A stretch of DNA of 64,000 nucleotides from Octopus sinensis (Eukaryota), in assembly GCF_006345805.1 (NCBI RefSeq), contig NC_043015.1, positions 41,106,001 through 41,170,000 on the forward strand, in the 5' to 3' direction. Shown one piece after another: positions 26,884 to 40,821 of this stretch (the stretch's first letter is position 1; each line of letters begins with the position of its first letter). The translations under genes and the position numbers were made by a program. The notes below the pieces were generated by a model. The model made no database searches. It was given only the letters and a program-made list of their open reading frames with translations, and was not told the DNA's origin.

Positions 26884-27764
26884 TGATGATGATGCCCTGA
26901 TGCAGTACCAGGCAGTGGCTCTCATGGCTTCTGATCTTAACTGAGTTGAAGTGTTATCATGTACATTGTTTTGTCTTGGTATAAAAGATGGGTTACAGCT
27001 AATATTCTGCTCAATGCCACAGATTTGCTTGTCAGTTGTTTGACCTTAACCAGTTGAGCATGTCCCTTAGTGGCTGACGATATGTGCATCTCTGATCACG
27101 AGCAGAAGTAGTGGGGGAGCATCATAGCCATGTGTTGAGAGGAACTCTTTGGGGTTTGGATAATTTACCTCTGGAAACATGGGTGGTTCATTCAACATCC
27201 TTAAAAAACAACTTTATTCAGAGACCTTTTGAGCGGGATTCTAACTGGGCCCCACCTGCTGTTTATCTTGATATGAGATCACCATGTCACGCACATATGG
27301 TTGTGATGCATGTGCCTGGTGTATCCTCATCAGACGGGTAGTCATGATGGGTATACTGGGCTTCGTATATTTGTACCCCCAGTGTCACTTTGATGGCATT
27401 CCCTGCTCTCGCACTCAATAATAATGAACTTATGGTGCTCGGGTGCACAATAACTTGTGAGATAAGGATAAAAAGCAGGACAGAAAGCAGCGATAGATTG
27501 AATAAAGGAAGACATGTATAATTGAGGGCAAGATAAAATGTAGAAGAGTTTAAACTGCTGTTGTTGCTGCTGCTGCTGCTGCTACTGTTGTTGTTGTTGT
27601 TGTAGCAGGAACAGCAATGGTGAAGGGTGAGCCATGTAAATACAAATGAAAGAATAAAGCAAAATAAACAATAAACAAAACAAAACAAAACATATTGCCT
27701 TCAAACTTCCTTTTTTCAGTCCGAATGAAAAGTTTGTCTTTTGTGATTAAATATGGAATTAATC

Positions 27765-28045
27765 ACCATCATCACCACCACCATCATCATCATCACCATC
27801 ATCGTCATCATCATCATCATCGTCATCATCATCAACATCGTCATCATCACCATCATCATCATCATCATCATCATCGTCACCATCATCATCATCATCACCA
27901 TCATCATCACCACCACCACCATCATCATCACCATCATCATCATCACCACCACCCCACCATCATCATCATCACCATCATCATCATCACCATCATCATTGTC
28001 ACCATGATCACCACTACCACCACCACCACCACCACCATCGTCATC
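27765..28045. repeat. (CAT/CAC)n tract
   Basis: Direct inspection. Confidence 0.95.
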
Positions 28046-29478
28046 ATTTAACATCTATGTTCCATGCTGTCATGGGTTGGATGGTTTGACAAGGATCCAT
28101 TGAATCAAAGGACCGCATTGTACCCCAGCCCCTGCTCCGGCATGGTTTTTTCTGCAGCTGAAATACCCTTTCCACCACCAACCACCTTTATAGCTTGTAC
28201 TGGGTGCTTCTTTTGGGGGCACCAACACCGTTGGGGTCACCTCGAGGTTCACCAGTCAGCAAACCCAGCAATGGATGAGGCGCGGGGAGCTGCTGTTGCA
28301 TCCATGTTAGCCGGGGGTTAACGTATGAGGGAAGAGCCGATAAAATAAAGTACCGGCCCTCCACCCTTGCCTTTGTCTCCATCTTATACTGTGCCACCAC
28401 TACCACCGTCACCACCATCACCCTCCTCTCCGCTTCTCCTCCACCACCACCACCACCACCACTATTCCCATCCGCCTCCTCCTCATCATCATCTTCATCA
28501 TCATCCTCATCACTTTACACTTGTTACCTAGCGACATGTTATCATCAGTCAGCAATTACGCTTAATGCTTAATCCTGCTTGCTTGATATTGCACAGACAG
28601 ACTGGGATGGTTGGGGGTGGGGGTGCAACATATGGTTGGGCAGTGTGGTGGGGGGTGAGGTGAGGCACACACAGCTGGGTTAGGCTGGGTGGTAGTGGTC
28701 TCCTCCATTACCACCACCACCACCACCATCACAACCACCACCACCACCACCACAACCACCACCACCATCACCACCACAGCCACAACCACCACAACCACCA
28801 CCACCACCACTACCAGTGTCGGGACCAATTGCATTATCGGATTTAGTTCCATCCTTCACAGTTTTTCCTCTACTTACATATTTCATCACTCCAGAGTTAT
28901 GGTATTGGCAGTGGTAGTCATGGTGGTAGTCGCGGTGGTCGTGGTGTTCAGCCCCGGGTCAGCTCTAAGTAGCAGACAACTGATCAAACACTTTCTAGCC
29001 ATAACCATCTCATCTGTTCCCCTTCCCCCACTTACAGCATATCTGGAAAACCCACAGGTCAAAGTGTCCTTTTCATAATTAATTCAATTGGATGTGAACT
29101 GAGGGAGATTTGGCTGCTATTTCAATCAGGCTGAAATGAATGCCTAGCAGTTCTTGTGTTAGCTTATCCAGAATAGCAATTAGTAACCAAAGACTTCTTG
29201 GAGTGTTCAAAATTTGAAACCAATAACCAAAGGAAGTGACACTGATAATATCCTTTGATTGGAGTTTTGGGGTACAAAGGAGCAATGGTTGACACACATG
29301 GTGTGTTAACACAGTTGCATGCCCTGGGATGTAGTTAGGCATGGTGCAGAAATATTAAAATTTGAGACAATCTTTCAATTTAGGATCACAAAATAGGGAT
29401 TCATCGTAAGCAATTGGCATTAAAAGACAGGAATTTTGGAGAATTGTAATTTCTGTATTCTTGAACATGGAATTCAAA

Positions 29479-29872
29479 TCTCTATATATAAAGCTGAAGT
29501 TGTCTGTGTACGGCAGGTTTGGTAGCCTTCAACTAACACTATCTCCTCCGAGACCCTGCAGTGCAAGTTGACCAAAATTGAGAGTATGATAGATGAAGGC
29601 TTGCTCTTCATTCCGTAGAAGATAAAATTCAAATCGGACCATGTTAAACACCAAAAATTATTTACATCAAAAAGGTGCTTTTTTTTTCTATGAAAATCCC
29701 TATTTTTTACGATTTTTTTGACTGCTGTGTCACCATTTTTCGGTGTATTTCAACCATAAAAATGTTTACTTAAAGAGAATAACAAGCTACATAATGCAAA
29801 ATTTTTACTTTTCAAAAATTCCAATTCTAAAGGGTTGAAACAAACCCGAGCAACGCCAGGCAATACTGCTAG
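29479..29872 (+). mobile_element. Non-autonomous Helitron-like element
   Basis: Starts TC(tctatatataaag) after an A and ends with hairpin ccgagcaacgccagg plus CTAG before a T. No TSD. The 3' end is shared with 61605-62101. Confidence 0.65.
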
Positions 29873-30659
29873 TATTGATAATAATTGCTTCAAATTTTGA
29901 CACCAGGCCAGCACTTTGACGAAAGTGGTGGGAGTTTATCAACCCTGAAAAGGTGAAAGACAAAGTTAACCTCAACAGGATTTGAACTCAGAATGTTAAG
30001 ACCCAGAAGAAATAGTAATAAGCATTTTGTCCAACCAACTGATAATTCTGCTAGCTTGCTGTCTGATTAATAATATCCCTTTCTACCATAGGCACAAGGT
30101 CTGAAGTTTTGCGAGTGTGGGTTAGTTGATTACATCTACCCCAGTACTCAACTGGTTCTTATTTCACTCACCCCGAAAGGATGAAAGACAAAGCTGACCT
30201 CAGTGGAATTTGAACTCAGAACGAAAAGATAGACAGAATATTGCTAAGCATTTTGTCAAGCATGCTAATGATTCTGCCAGATGGAAAAGGAAGTTAAAAA
30301 TAAGAAATTTTGGTGGGATGATTTCAAAAAATTGAGAAAGCTTTTATTTTTTTAATTTTTGGTCACAATCATAAATTCTGTTGTTGGAAAAATAGGAATC
30401 CAAAGAAATTTTAGACAAAAAAAAAGTGTATGACGAACCTGTTATTGGACACGTCTGTCAGGACATTGGCGAATAATTGTTAATATATTCAATTTCATTT
30501 TGTGATAAAGAATCAAAATTATATCCAACGGATTAAATTTAGAAACACGTCGAAAATATACACTTAAATTATATAAATAAAGTATTAATGTTACGAAATA
30601 TAGATGTTAAGTGATGAAACGTGAGAAAGTTTTTATTTCAAACATAGATGAAACTTAGG

Positions 30660-31692
30660 GGCAGGAGTGGCTGTGTGGTAAGTAGCTTGCTTACCAACCA
30701 CATGGTTCCGGGTTCAGTCCCACTGCGTGGCATCTTGGGCAAGTGTCCTCTGCTATAGCCCCAGGCTGACCAATGCCTTGTGAGTGGATTTGGTAGATGG
30801 AAACTGAAAGAAGCCTGTCGTATATATATATATATATTATATATATATATGTATGTATGTTTGTGTGTCTGTGTTTGTCCCCCTAGCATTGCTTGGCAAC
30901 AGATGCTGGTGTGTTTCGTCCTCGTCAGCGGTTCGGCAAAAGAGACCGATAGAACAAGTACTAGGCTTACAAAGAATAAGTCCCGGGGTCGCTTTGCTCG
31001 ACTAAAGGCGGTGCTCCAGCATGGCTGCAGTCAAATGACTGAAACAAGTAAAAGAGTAAAGAGTATATGGAGAACACCAGAGAAAAAAGGTGCTGGAGGT
31101 TGAGATTCGAACCCTAGTTCGAATGGGATGGAGCACACGCAGTCTTTGGTCATATTCTCTTCTATTGGTGGTTTTACCTGAAGGAGATATTTGTGATATT
31201 ATGACGACAAGGGTCCCTGCTTATATGATCAATGGAACAGCTTGCTCGTGAAATTAACATGCAAGTGGCTGAGTACTCCACAGACACGTAGACATGTGTA
31301 CCCTTAACGTAGTTTTCAGAGTGTGACAAAGCTGGCCCTTTGAAATACAGGTACTACTCATTTTTGAAAGCTCAGTGGACTGGAACAATGTGAAATGAAG
31401 TGTCTTGCTCAAGGACACACGGTGCCGCTGGGAATCAAACTCATGACCTTACGATCATGAGCCAAATGCCTTAACCATTAAACCATGCACCTTCACTGTG
31501 TATGTATTTATATATTTATATTTATATATAGGCACAGGAGTGGCTGTGTGATAAGTAGCTTGTTTACCAACCACATGGTTCCGGTTCAGTCCCACTGCGT
31601 GGCATCTTGGGCAAGTGTCCTCTGCTATAGCCCCAGGCTGACCAATGCCTTGTGAGTGGATTTGGTAGATGGAAACTGAAAGAAGCCTGTCG

Positions 31693-31733
<41 letters not shown>

Positions 31734-32400
31734 GTGTGTCTGTGTTTGTCCCCCTAGCATTGCTTGGCAACAGATGCTGGTGTGTTTCGTCCTCGTCAGC
31801 GGTTCGGCAAAAGAGACCGATAGAACAAGTACTAGGCTTACAAAGAATAAGTCCCGGGGTCGCTTTGCTCGACTAAAGGCGGTGCTCCAGCATGGCTGCA
31901 GTCAAATGACTGAAACAAGTAAAAGAGTAAAGAGTATATGGAGAACACCAGAGAAAAAAGGTGCAGGAGGTTGAGATTCGAACCATAGTTCGAATGGGAT
32001 GGAGCACACGCAGTCTTTGGTCATATTCTCTTCTATTGGTGGTTTTACCTGAAGGAGATATTTGTGATATTATGACGACAAGGGTCCCTGCTTATATGAT
32101 CAATGGAACAGCTTGCTCGTGAAATTAACATGCAAGTGGCTGAGTACTCCACAGACACGTAGACATGTGTACCCTTAACGTAGTTTTCAGAGTGTGACAA
32201 AGCTGGCCCTTTGAAATACAGGTACTACTCATTTTTGAAAGCTCAGTGGACTGGAACAATGTGAAATGAAGTGTCTTGCTCAAGGACACACGGTGCCGCT
32301 GGGAATCAAACTCATGACCTTACGATCATGAGCCAAATGCCTTAACCATTAAACCATGCACCTTCACTGTGTATGTATTTATATATTTATATTTATATAT
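30660..32400 (+). repeat. 872-bp tandem duplication (two near-identical copies)
   Basis: 30727-31598 is repeated at 31599-32470, including the unique spacer ggagaacaccagagaaaaaaggtgc...; breakpoints lie inside SINE B copies. Confidence 0.97.
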
Positions 32401-32806
32401 AGGCACAGGAGTGGCTGTGTGATAAGTAGCTTGTTTACCAACCACATGGTTCCGGGTTCAGTCCCACTGCATGGCACCTTGGGTAAGTGTCTTCTACTAT
32501 AGCCTCGGGCCGACCAAAGCCTTGTGAGTGGATTTGGTAGACAGAAACTGAAAGAAGCCTGTCGTATATATGTATATATATATATGCATGTGTGTGTTTG
32601 TGTGTCTGTGTTTGCACCCCCCCAACATCGCTTGACAACCGCTGCTGGTGTGTTTATGTCCCCGTTACTTAGCGGTTTGGCAAAAGAGACCGATAGAATA
32701 AGTACTGGGCTTACAAAAGAATAAGTCCCAGGGTCGAGCTTGCTCGATTAAAGGCAGTGCTCCAGCATGGCCGCAGTCAAATGACTGAAACAAGTAAAAG
32801 AGTAAA

Positions 32807-32848
<42 letters not shown>

Positions 32849-32967
32849 AACAACAATTTAAGAACAGCAAAACAACAAAACCCACAGGCAGTCCTTGATA
32901 TTAGCACAACTGGTGAAATATTAAACTCCACAATCGAAAGCCCTTCTCTGTAGAGCTATCCACTTTC

Positions 32968-35900
32968 TCCTTTTCTCAGAATACCACAAGAGACCCATCC
33001 TCATCATCATCGTCATCAACACTTGATGACCTATTAATCGACACAGCCTCTAGCTCTTCTCCACAGAATTTGAGTCACTCAAATTCTTCTCAGAATACCA
33101 CAAGTGACCCATCCTCATCATCATTGTCATTAACACTTGATGACCTATTAAGCGACACAGCCTCTAGCTCTTCTCCACAGAATTTGAGTCACTCAAATTC
33201 TTCTCAGAATACCACAAGTGACCCATCCTCATCCTCATCGTCATTAACACTTGATGACCTATTAAGCGACACAGCCTCTAGCTCTTCTCCACAGAATTTG
33301 AGTCACTCCAATTCTTCTCAGAATAACACAAGTGACCCATCCTCATCATCATCGTCATTAACACTTGATGACCTATTAAGCAACACAGCCTCTAGCTCTT
33401 CTCCACAGAATTTGAGTCACTCAAATTCTTCTCAGAATACCACAAGAGACCCATCCTCATCATCATCGTCATCAACACTTGATGACCTATTAAGCGACAC
33501 AGCCTCTAGCTCTTCTCCACAGAATTTGAGTCATTCAAATTCTTCTCAGAATACCACAAGTGACCCATCCTCATCATCATTGTCATTAACACTTGATGAC
33601 CTATTAAGCGACACAGCCTCTAGCTCTTCTCCACAGAATTTGAGTCACTCAAATCTTCTCAGAATAACACAAGTGACCCATCGTCATCCTCATCGTCATA
33701 ACACTTGATGACCTATTAAGCGACACAGCCTCTAGCTCTTCTCCACAGAATTTGAGTCACTCGAATTCTTCTCAGAATAACACAAGTGACCCATCGTCAT
33801 CCTCATCGTCATTAACACTTGATGACCTATTAAGCGACACAGCCTCTAGCTCTTCTCCACAGAATTTGAGTCACTCGAATTCTTCTCAGAATAACACAAG
33901 TGACCCATCGTCATCCTCATCGTCATTAACATTTGATGACCTATTAAGCGACACAGCCTCTAGCTCTTCTCCACAGAATTTGAGTCACTCGAATTCTTCT
34001 CAGAATAACACAAGTGACCCATCGTCATCCTCATCGTCATTAACACTTGATGACCTATTAAGCGACACAGCCTCTAGCTCTTCTCCACAGAATTTGAGTC
34101 ACTCGAATTCTTCTCAGAATAACACAAGTGACCCATCGTCATCCTCATCGTCATTAACACTTGATGACCTATTAAGCAACACAGCCTCTAGCTCTTCTCC
34201 ACAGAATTTGAGTCACTCAAATTCTTCTCAGAATACCACAAGAGACCCATCCTCATCATCATCGTCATCAACACTTGATGACCTATTAAGCGACACAGCC
34301 TCTAGCTCTTCTCCACAGAATTTGAGTCATTCAAATTCTTCTCAGAATAACACAAGAGACCCATCCTCATCATCATCGTCATTAACACTTGATGACCTAT
34401 TAAGCGACACAGCCTCTAGCTCTTCTCCACAGAATTTGAGTCATTCAAATTCTTCTCAGAATAACACAAGTGACCCATCGTCATCCTCATCGTCATTAAC
34501 ACTTGATGACCTATTAAGCGACACAGCCTCTAGCTCTTCTCCACAGAATTTGAGTCACTCAAATTCTTCTCAGAATACCACAAGAGAACCATCCTCATCA
34601 TCATCGTCATCAACACTTGATGACCTATTAAGCGACACAGCCTCTAGCTCTTCTCCACAGAATTTGAGTCATTCAAATTCTTCTCAGAATACCACAAGTG
34701 ACCCATCCTCATCATCATTGTCATTAACACTTGATGACCTATTAAGCGACACAGCCTCTAGCTCTTCTCCACAGAATTTGAGTCATTCAAATTCTTCTCA
34801 GAATAACACAAGTGACCCATCGTCATCCTCATCGTCATTAACACTTGATGACCTATTAAGCGACACAGCCTCTAGCTCTTCTCCACAGAATTTGAGTCAC
34901 TCGAATTCTTCTCAGAATAACACAAGTGACCCATCGTCATCCTCATCGTCATTAACACTTGATGACCTATTAAGCAACACAGCCTCTAGCTCTTCTCCAC
35001 AGAATTTGAGTCACTCAAATTCTTCTCAGAATACCACAAGAGAACCATCCTCATCATCATCGTCATCAACACTTGATGACCTATTAAGCGACACAGCCTC
35101 TAGCTCTTCTCCACAGAATTGAGTCACTCAAATTCTTCTCAGAATACCACAAGAGAACCATCCTCATCATCATCGTCATCAACACTTGATGACCTATTAA
35201 GCGACACAGCCTCTAGCTCTTCTCCACAGAATTTGAGTCATTCAAATTCTTCTCAGAATACCACAAGTGACCCATCCTCATCATCATTGTCATTAACACT
35301 TGATGACCTATTAAGCGACACAGCCTCTAGCTCTTCTCCACAGAATTTGAGTCACTCAAATTCTTCTCAGAATACCACAAGTGACCCATCCTCATCATCA
35401 TTGTCATTAACACTTGATGACCTATTAAGCGACACAGCCTCTAGCTCTTCTCCACAGAATTTGAGTCACTCAAATTCTTCTCAGAATACCACAAGAGACC
35501 CATCCTCATCATCATCGTCATCAACACTTGATGACCTATTAAGCGACACAGCCTCTAGCTCTTCTCCACAGAATTTGAGTCACTCAAATTCTTCTCAGAA
35601 TAACAAGTGACCCATCCTCATCATCATTGTCATTAACACTTGATGACCTATTAAGCGACACAGCCTCTAGCTCTTCTCCACAGAATTTGAGTCACTCGAA
35701 TTCTTCTCAGAATAACACAAGTGACCCATCGTCATCCTCATCGTCATTAACACTTGATGACCTATTAAGCGACACAGCCTCTAGCTCTTCTCCACAGAAT
35801 TTGAGTCACTCAAATTCTTCTCAGAATACCACAAGAGACCCATCCTCATCATCATCGTCATCAACACTTGATGACCTATTAAGCGACACAGCCTCTAGCT

Positions 35901-38900
35901 CTTCTCCACAGAATTTGAGTCACTCAAATTCTTCTCAGAATAACACAAGAGACCCATCCTCATCATCATCGTCATTAACACTTGATGACCTATTAAGCAA
36001 CACAGCCTCTAGCTCTTCTCCACAGAATTTGAGTCACTCAAATTCTTCTCAGAATACCACAAGAGACCCATCCTCATCATCATCGTCATCAACACTTGAT
36101 GACCTATTAAGCGACACAGCCTCTAGCTCTTCTCCACAGAATTTGAGTCACTCAAATTCTTCTCAGAATAACACAAGTGACCCATCGTCATCCTCATCGT
36201 CATTAACACTTGATGACCTATTAAGCGACACAGCCTCTAGCTCTTCTCCACAGAATTTGAGTCACTCGAATTCTTCTCAGAATAACACAAGTGACCCATC
36301 GTCATCCTCATCGTCATTAACATTTGATGACCTATTAAGCGACACAGCCTCTAGCTCTTCTCCACAGAATTTGAGTCACTCGAATTCTTCTCAGAATAAC
36401 ACAAGTGACCCATCGTCATCCTCATCGTCATTAACACTTGATGACCTATTAAGCGACACAGCCTCTAGCTCTTCTCCACAGAATTTGAGTCACTCGAATT
36501 CTTCTCAGAATAACACAAGTGACCCATCGTCATCCTCATCGTCATTAACACTTGATGACCTATTAAGCAACACAGCCTCTAGCTCTTCTCCACAGAATTT
36601 GAGTCACTCAAATTCTTCTCAGAATACCACAAGAGACCCATCCTCATCATCATCGTCATCAACACTTGATGACCTATTAAGCGACACAGCCTCTAGCTCT
36701 TCTCCACAGAATTTGAGTCATTCAAATTCTTCTCAGAATAACACAAGAGACCCATCCTCATCATCATCGTCATTAACACTTGATGACCTATTAAGCGACA
36801 CAGCCTCTAGCTCTTCTCCACAGAATTTGAGTCATTCAAATTCTTCTCAGAATAACACAAGTGACCCATCGTCATCCTCATCGTCATTAACACTTGATGA
36901 CCTATTAAGCGACACAGCCTCTAGCTCTTCTCCACAGAATTTGAGTCACTCGAATTCTTCTCAGAATAACACAAGTGACCCATCGTCATCCTCATCGTCA
37001 TTAACACTTGATGACCTATTAAGCAACACAGCCTCTAGCTCTTCTCCACAGAATTTGAGTCACTCAAATTCTTCTCAGAATACCACAAGAGAACCATCCT
37101 CATCATCATCGTCATCAACACTTGATGACCTATTAAGCGACACAGCCTCTAGCTCTCTCCACAGAATTTGAGTCATTCAAATTCTTCTCAGAATACCACA
37201 AGTGACCCATCCTCATCATTGTCATTAACACTTGATGACCTATTAAGCGACACAGCCTCTAGCTCTTCTCCACAGAATTTGAGTCACTCAAATTCTTCTC
37301 AGAATACCACAAGTGACCCATCCTCATCATCATTGTCATTAACACTTGATGACCTATTAAGCGACACAGCCTCTAGCTCTTCTCCACAGAATTTGAGTCA
37401 CTCAAATTCTTCTCAGAATACCACAAGAGACCCATCCTCATCATCATCGTCATCAACACTTGATGACCTATTAAGCGACACAGCCTCTAGCTCTTCTCCA
37501 CAGAATTTGAGTCACTCAAATTCTTCTCAGAATACCACAAGTGACCCATCCTCATCATCATTGTCATTAACACTTGATGACCTATTAAGCGACACAGCCT
37601 CTAGCTCTTCTCCACAGAATTTGAGTCACTCGAATTCTTCTCAGAATAACACAAGTGACCCATCGTCATCCTCATCGTCATTAACACTTGATGACCTATT
37701 AAGCGACACAGCCTCTAGCTCTTCTCCACAGAATTTGAGTCACTCAAATTCTTCTCAGAATACCACAAGAGACCCATCTCATCATCATCGTCATCAACAC
37801 TTGATGACCTTAAGCGACACAGCCTCTAGCTCTTCTCCACAGAATTGAGTCACTCAAATTCTTCTCAGAATAACACAAGAGACCCATCTCATCATCATCG
37901 TCATCAACACTTGATGACCTATTAAGCAACACAGCCTCTAGCTCTTCTCCACAGAATTTGAGTCACTCAAATCTTCTCAGAATACCACAAGAGACCCATC
38001 CTCATCATCATCGTCATCAACACTTGATGACCTATTAGCGACACAGCCTCTAGCTCTTCTCCACAGAATTTGAGTCACTCAAATTCTTCTCAGAATACCA
38101 CAAGAGACCCATCCTCATCATCATCGTCATCAACACTTGATGACCTATTAAGCGACACAGCTTCTAGCTCTTCTCCACAGAATTTGAGTCACTCAAATCT
38201 TCTCAGAATAACACAGAGACCCATCCTCATCATCATCGTCATCAACACTTGATGACCTATTAAGCGACACAGCCTCTAGCTCTTCTCCACAGAATTTGAG
38301 TCACTCAAATTCTTCTCAGAATACCACAAGAGACCATCCTCATCATCATCGTCATCAACACTTGATGACCTATTAAGCGACACAGCCTCTAGCTCTTCTC
38401 CACAGAATTTGAGTCACTCAAATTCTTCTCAGAATAACACAAGAGACCCATCCTCATCATCATCGTCATCAACACTTGATGACCTATTAAGCGACACAGC
38501 CTCTAGCTCTTCTCCACAGAATTTGAGTCACTCAAATTCTTCTCAGAATACCACAAGTGACCCATCCTCATCATCATCGTCATTAACACTTGATGACCTA
38601 TTATGCGACACAGCCTCTAGCTCTCTCCACAGAATTTGAGTCACTCAAATTCTTCTCAGAATACCACAAGTGACCCATCCTCATCATCATCGTCATTAAC
38701 ACTTGATGACCTATTATGCGACACAGCCTCTAGCTCTTCTCCACAGAATTTGAGTCACTCAAATTCTTCTCAGAATACCACAAGTGACCCATCCTCATCA
38801 TCATCGTCATCAACACTTGATGACCTATTAAGCGACACAGCCTCTAGCTCTTCTCCACAGAATTTGAGTCACTCAAATTCTTCTCAGAATACACAAGTGA

Positions 38901-40520
38901 CCCATCCTCATCATCATCGTCATTAACACTTGATGACCTATTAAGCAACACAGCCTCTAGCTCTTCTCCACAGAATTTGAGTCACTCAAATTCTTCTCAG
39001 AATAACACAAGAGACCCATCCTCATCATCATCGTCATCAACACTTGATGACCTATTAAGCGACACATCCTCTAGCTCTTCTCCACAGAATTTGAGTCCCT
39101 CGAATTCTTCTCAGAATAACACAAGAGACCATCCTCATCATCATCGTCATTAACACTTGATGACCTATTAAGCAACACAGCCTCTAGCTCTTCTCCACAG
39201 AATTTGAGTCACTCAAATTCTTCTCAGAATACCACAAGTGACCCATCCTCATCATCATCGTCATAACACTTGATGACCTATTAAGCGACACAGCCTCTAG
39301 CACTTCTCCACAGAATTTGAGTCACTCAAATTCTTCTCAGAATAACACAAGAGACCCATCCTCATCATCATCGTCATCAACACTTGATGACCTATTAAGC
39401 GACACAGCCTCTAGCTCTTCTCCACAGAATTTGAGTCACTCAAATTCTTCTCAGAATACCACAAGAGACCCATCCTCATCATCATCGTCATCAACACTTG
39501 ATGACCTATTAAGCGACACAGCCTCTAGCTCTTCTCCACAGAATTTGAGTCACTCAAATTCTTCTCAGAATAACACAAGAGACCCATCCTCATCATCATC
39601 GTCATCAACACTTGATGACCTATTAAGCGACACAGCCTCTAGCTCTTCTCCACAGAATTTGAGTCACTCAAATTCTTCTCAGAATACCACAAGTGACCCA
39701 TCCTCATCATCATCGTCATTAACACTTGATGACCTATTATGCGACACAGCCTCTAGCTCTTCTCCACAGAATTTGAGTCACTCAAATTCTTCTCAGAATA
39801 CCACAAGTGACCCATCCTCATCATCATCGTCATCAACACTTGATGACCTATTAAGCGACACAGCCTCTAGCTCTTCTCCACAGAATTTGAGTCACTCAAA
39901 TTCTTCTCAGAATAACACAAGTGACCCATCCTCATCATCATCGTCATTAACACTTGATGACCTATTAAGCAACACAGCCTCTAGCTCTTCTCCACAGAAT
40001 TTGAGTCACTCAAATTCTTCTCAGAATAACACAAGAGACCCATCCTCATCATCATCGTCATCAACACTTGATGACCTATTAAGCGACACATCCTCTAGCT
40101 CTTCTCCACAGAATTTGAGTCCCTCGAATTCTTCTCAGAATAACACAAGAGACCCATCCTCATCATCATCGTCATTAACACTTGATGACCTATTAAGCAA
40201 CACAGCCTCTAGCTCTTCTCCACAGAATTTGAGTCACTCAAATTCTTCTCAGAATACCACAAGTGACCCATCCTCATCATCATCGTCATTAACACTTGAT
40301 GACCTATTAAGCGACACAGCCTCTAGCACTTCTCCACAGAATTTGAGTCACTCAAATTCTTCTCAGAATAACACAAGAGACCCATCCTCATCATCATCGT
40401 CATCAACACTTGATGACCTATTAAGCGACAAAGCCTCTAGCTCTTCTCCACAGAATTTGAGTCTCTCAGATTCTTCTCAGAATAACACAAGAGACCCATC
40501 CTCATCATCATTGTCATCCT
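32968..40520 (+). repeat. 114-bp minisatellite array, ~66 copies
   Basis: Unit ttgagtcactcaaattcttctcagaataccacaagtgacccatcctcatcatcatcgtcattaacacttgatgacctattaagcgacacagcctctagctcttctccacagaat recurs every 114 nt (e.g. 33070, 33184), with few substitutions and scattered 1-3 nt deletions. Confidence 0.99.
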
Positions 40521-40642
40521 ATTCTACTACTACTGCCATTACCACTGCTACTACTCCAACTAGTGAAGAACCACTCCTTTCTTCGTCCCTCCCCCCAAAT
40601 ATCTACTCCAATCTGGATGTCTACCAGACAGCTCCATGGTAG
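32968..40642 (+). CDS. Candidate giant mucin-like repeat exon (38-aa unit SHSNSSQNTTSDPSSSSSSLTLDDLLSDTASSSSPQNL), frame broken by probable sequencing indels
   Basis: Only one of six frames is open through the units. The ORF runs on into a non-repeat Thr/Pro-rich tail (STTTAITTATTPTSEEP...) to TAG at 40640-40642. Synonymous variants occur (cac/cat, tca/tcg/tcc). No flanking exons or signal peptide were identified. Confidence 0.5.
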
Positions 40643-40821
40643 ATTTGCTGACTGTAAATACAGTAAAATCATGAACACACGGAACCCCAAAATATGCCAC
40701 TATTCTCAATGCGAGTAACTATGCATATGCAATGACTGTAACTTCACCCATTTTCCAAGGACAAGATGCACAATTCATACAAGCAATATCAGCCAATGCC
40801 AAACCACACGTCCTACAACAT

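Noticed and set aside
30431-30460. UGACGAACC...GGACACGUC hammerhead-like string
   Set aside because: Core is incomplete, GAAA is altered and there is no stem I pairing.
30638-32724. Recurring ORFs such as RQASFSFRLPNPLTRLWSARG and LKEACRIYIY
   Set aside because: Translations of SINE family B found at many loci on both strands.
32968-40520. CRISPR-like array
   Set aside because: Contiguous near-identical 114-bp units with no unique spacers, in a eukaryotic context without cas genes.
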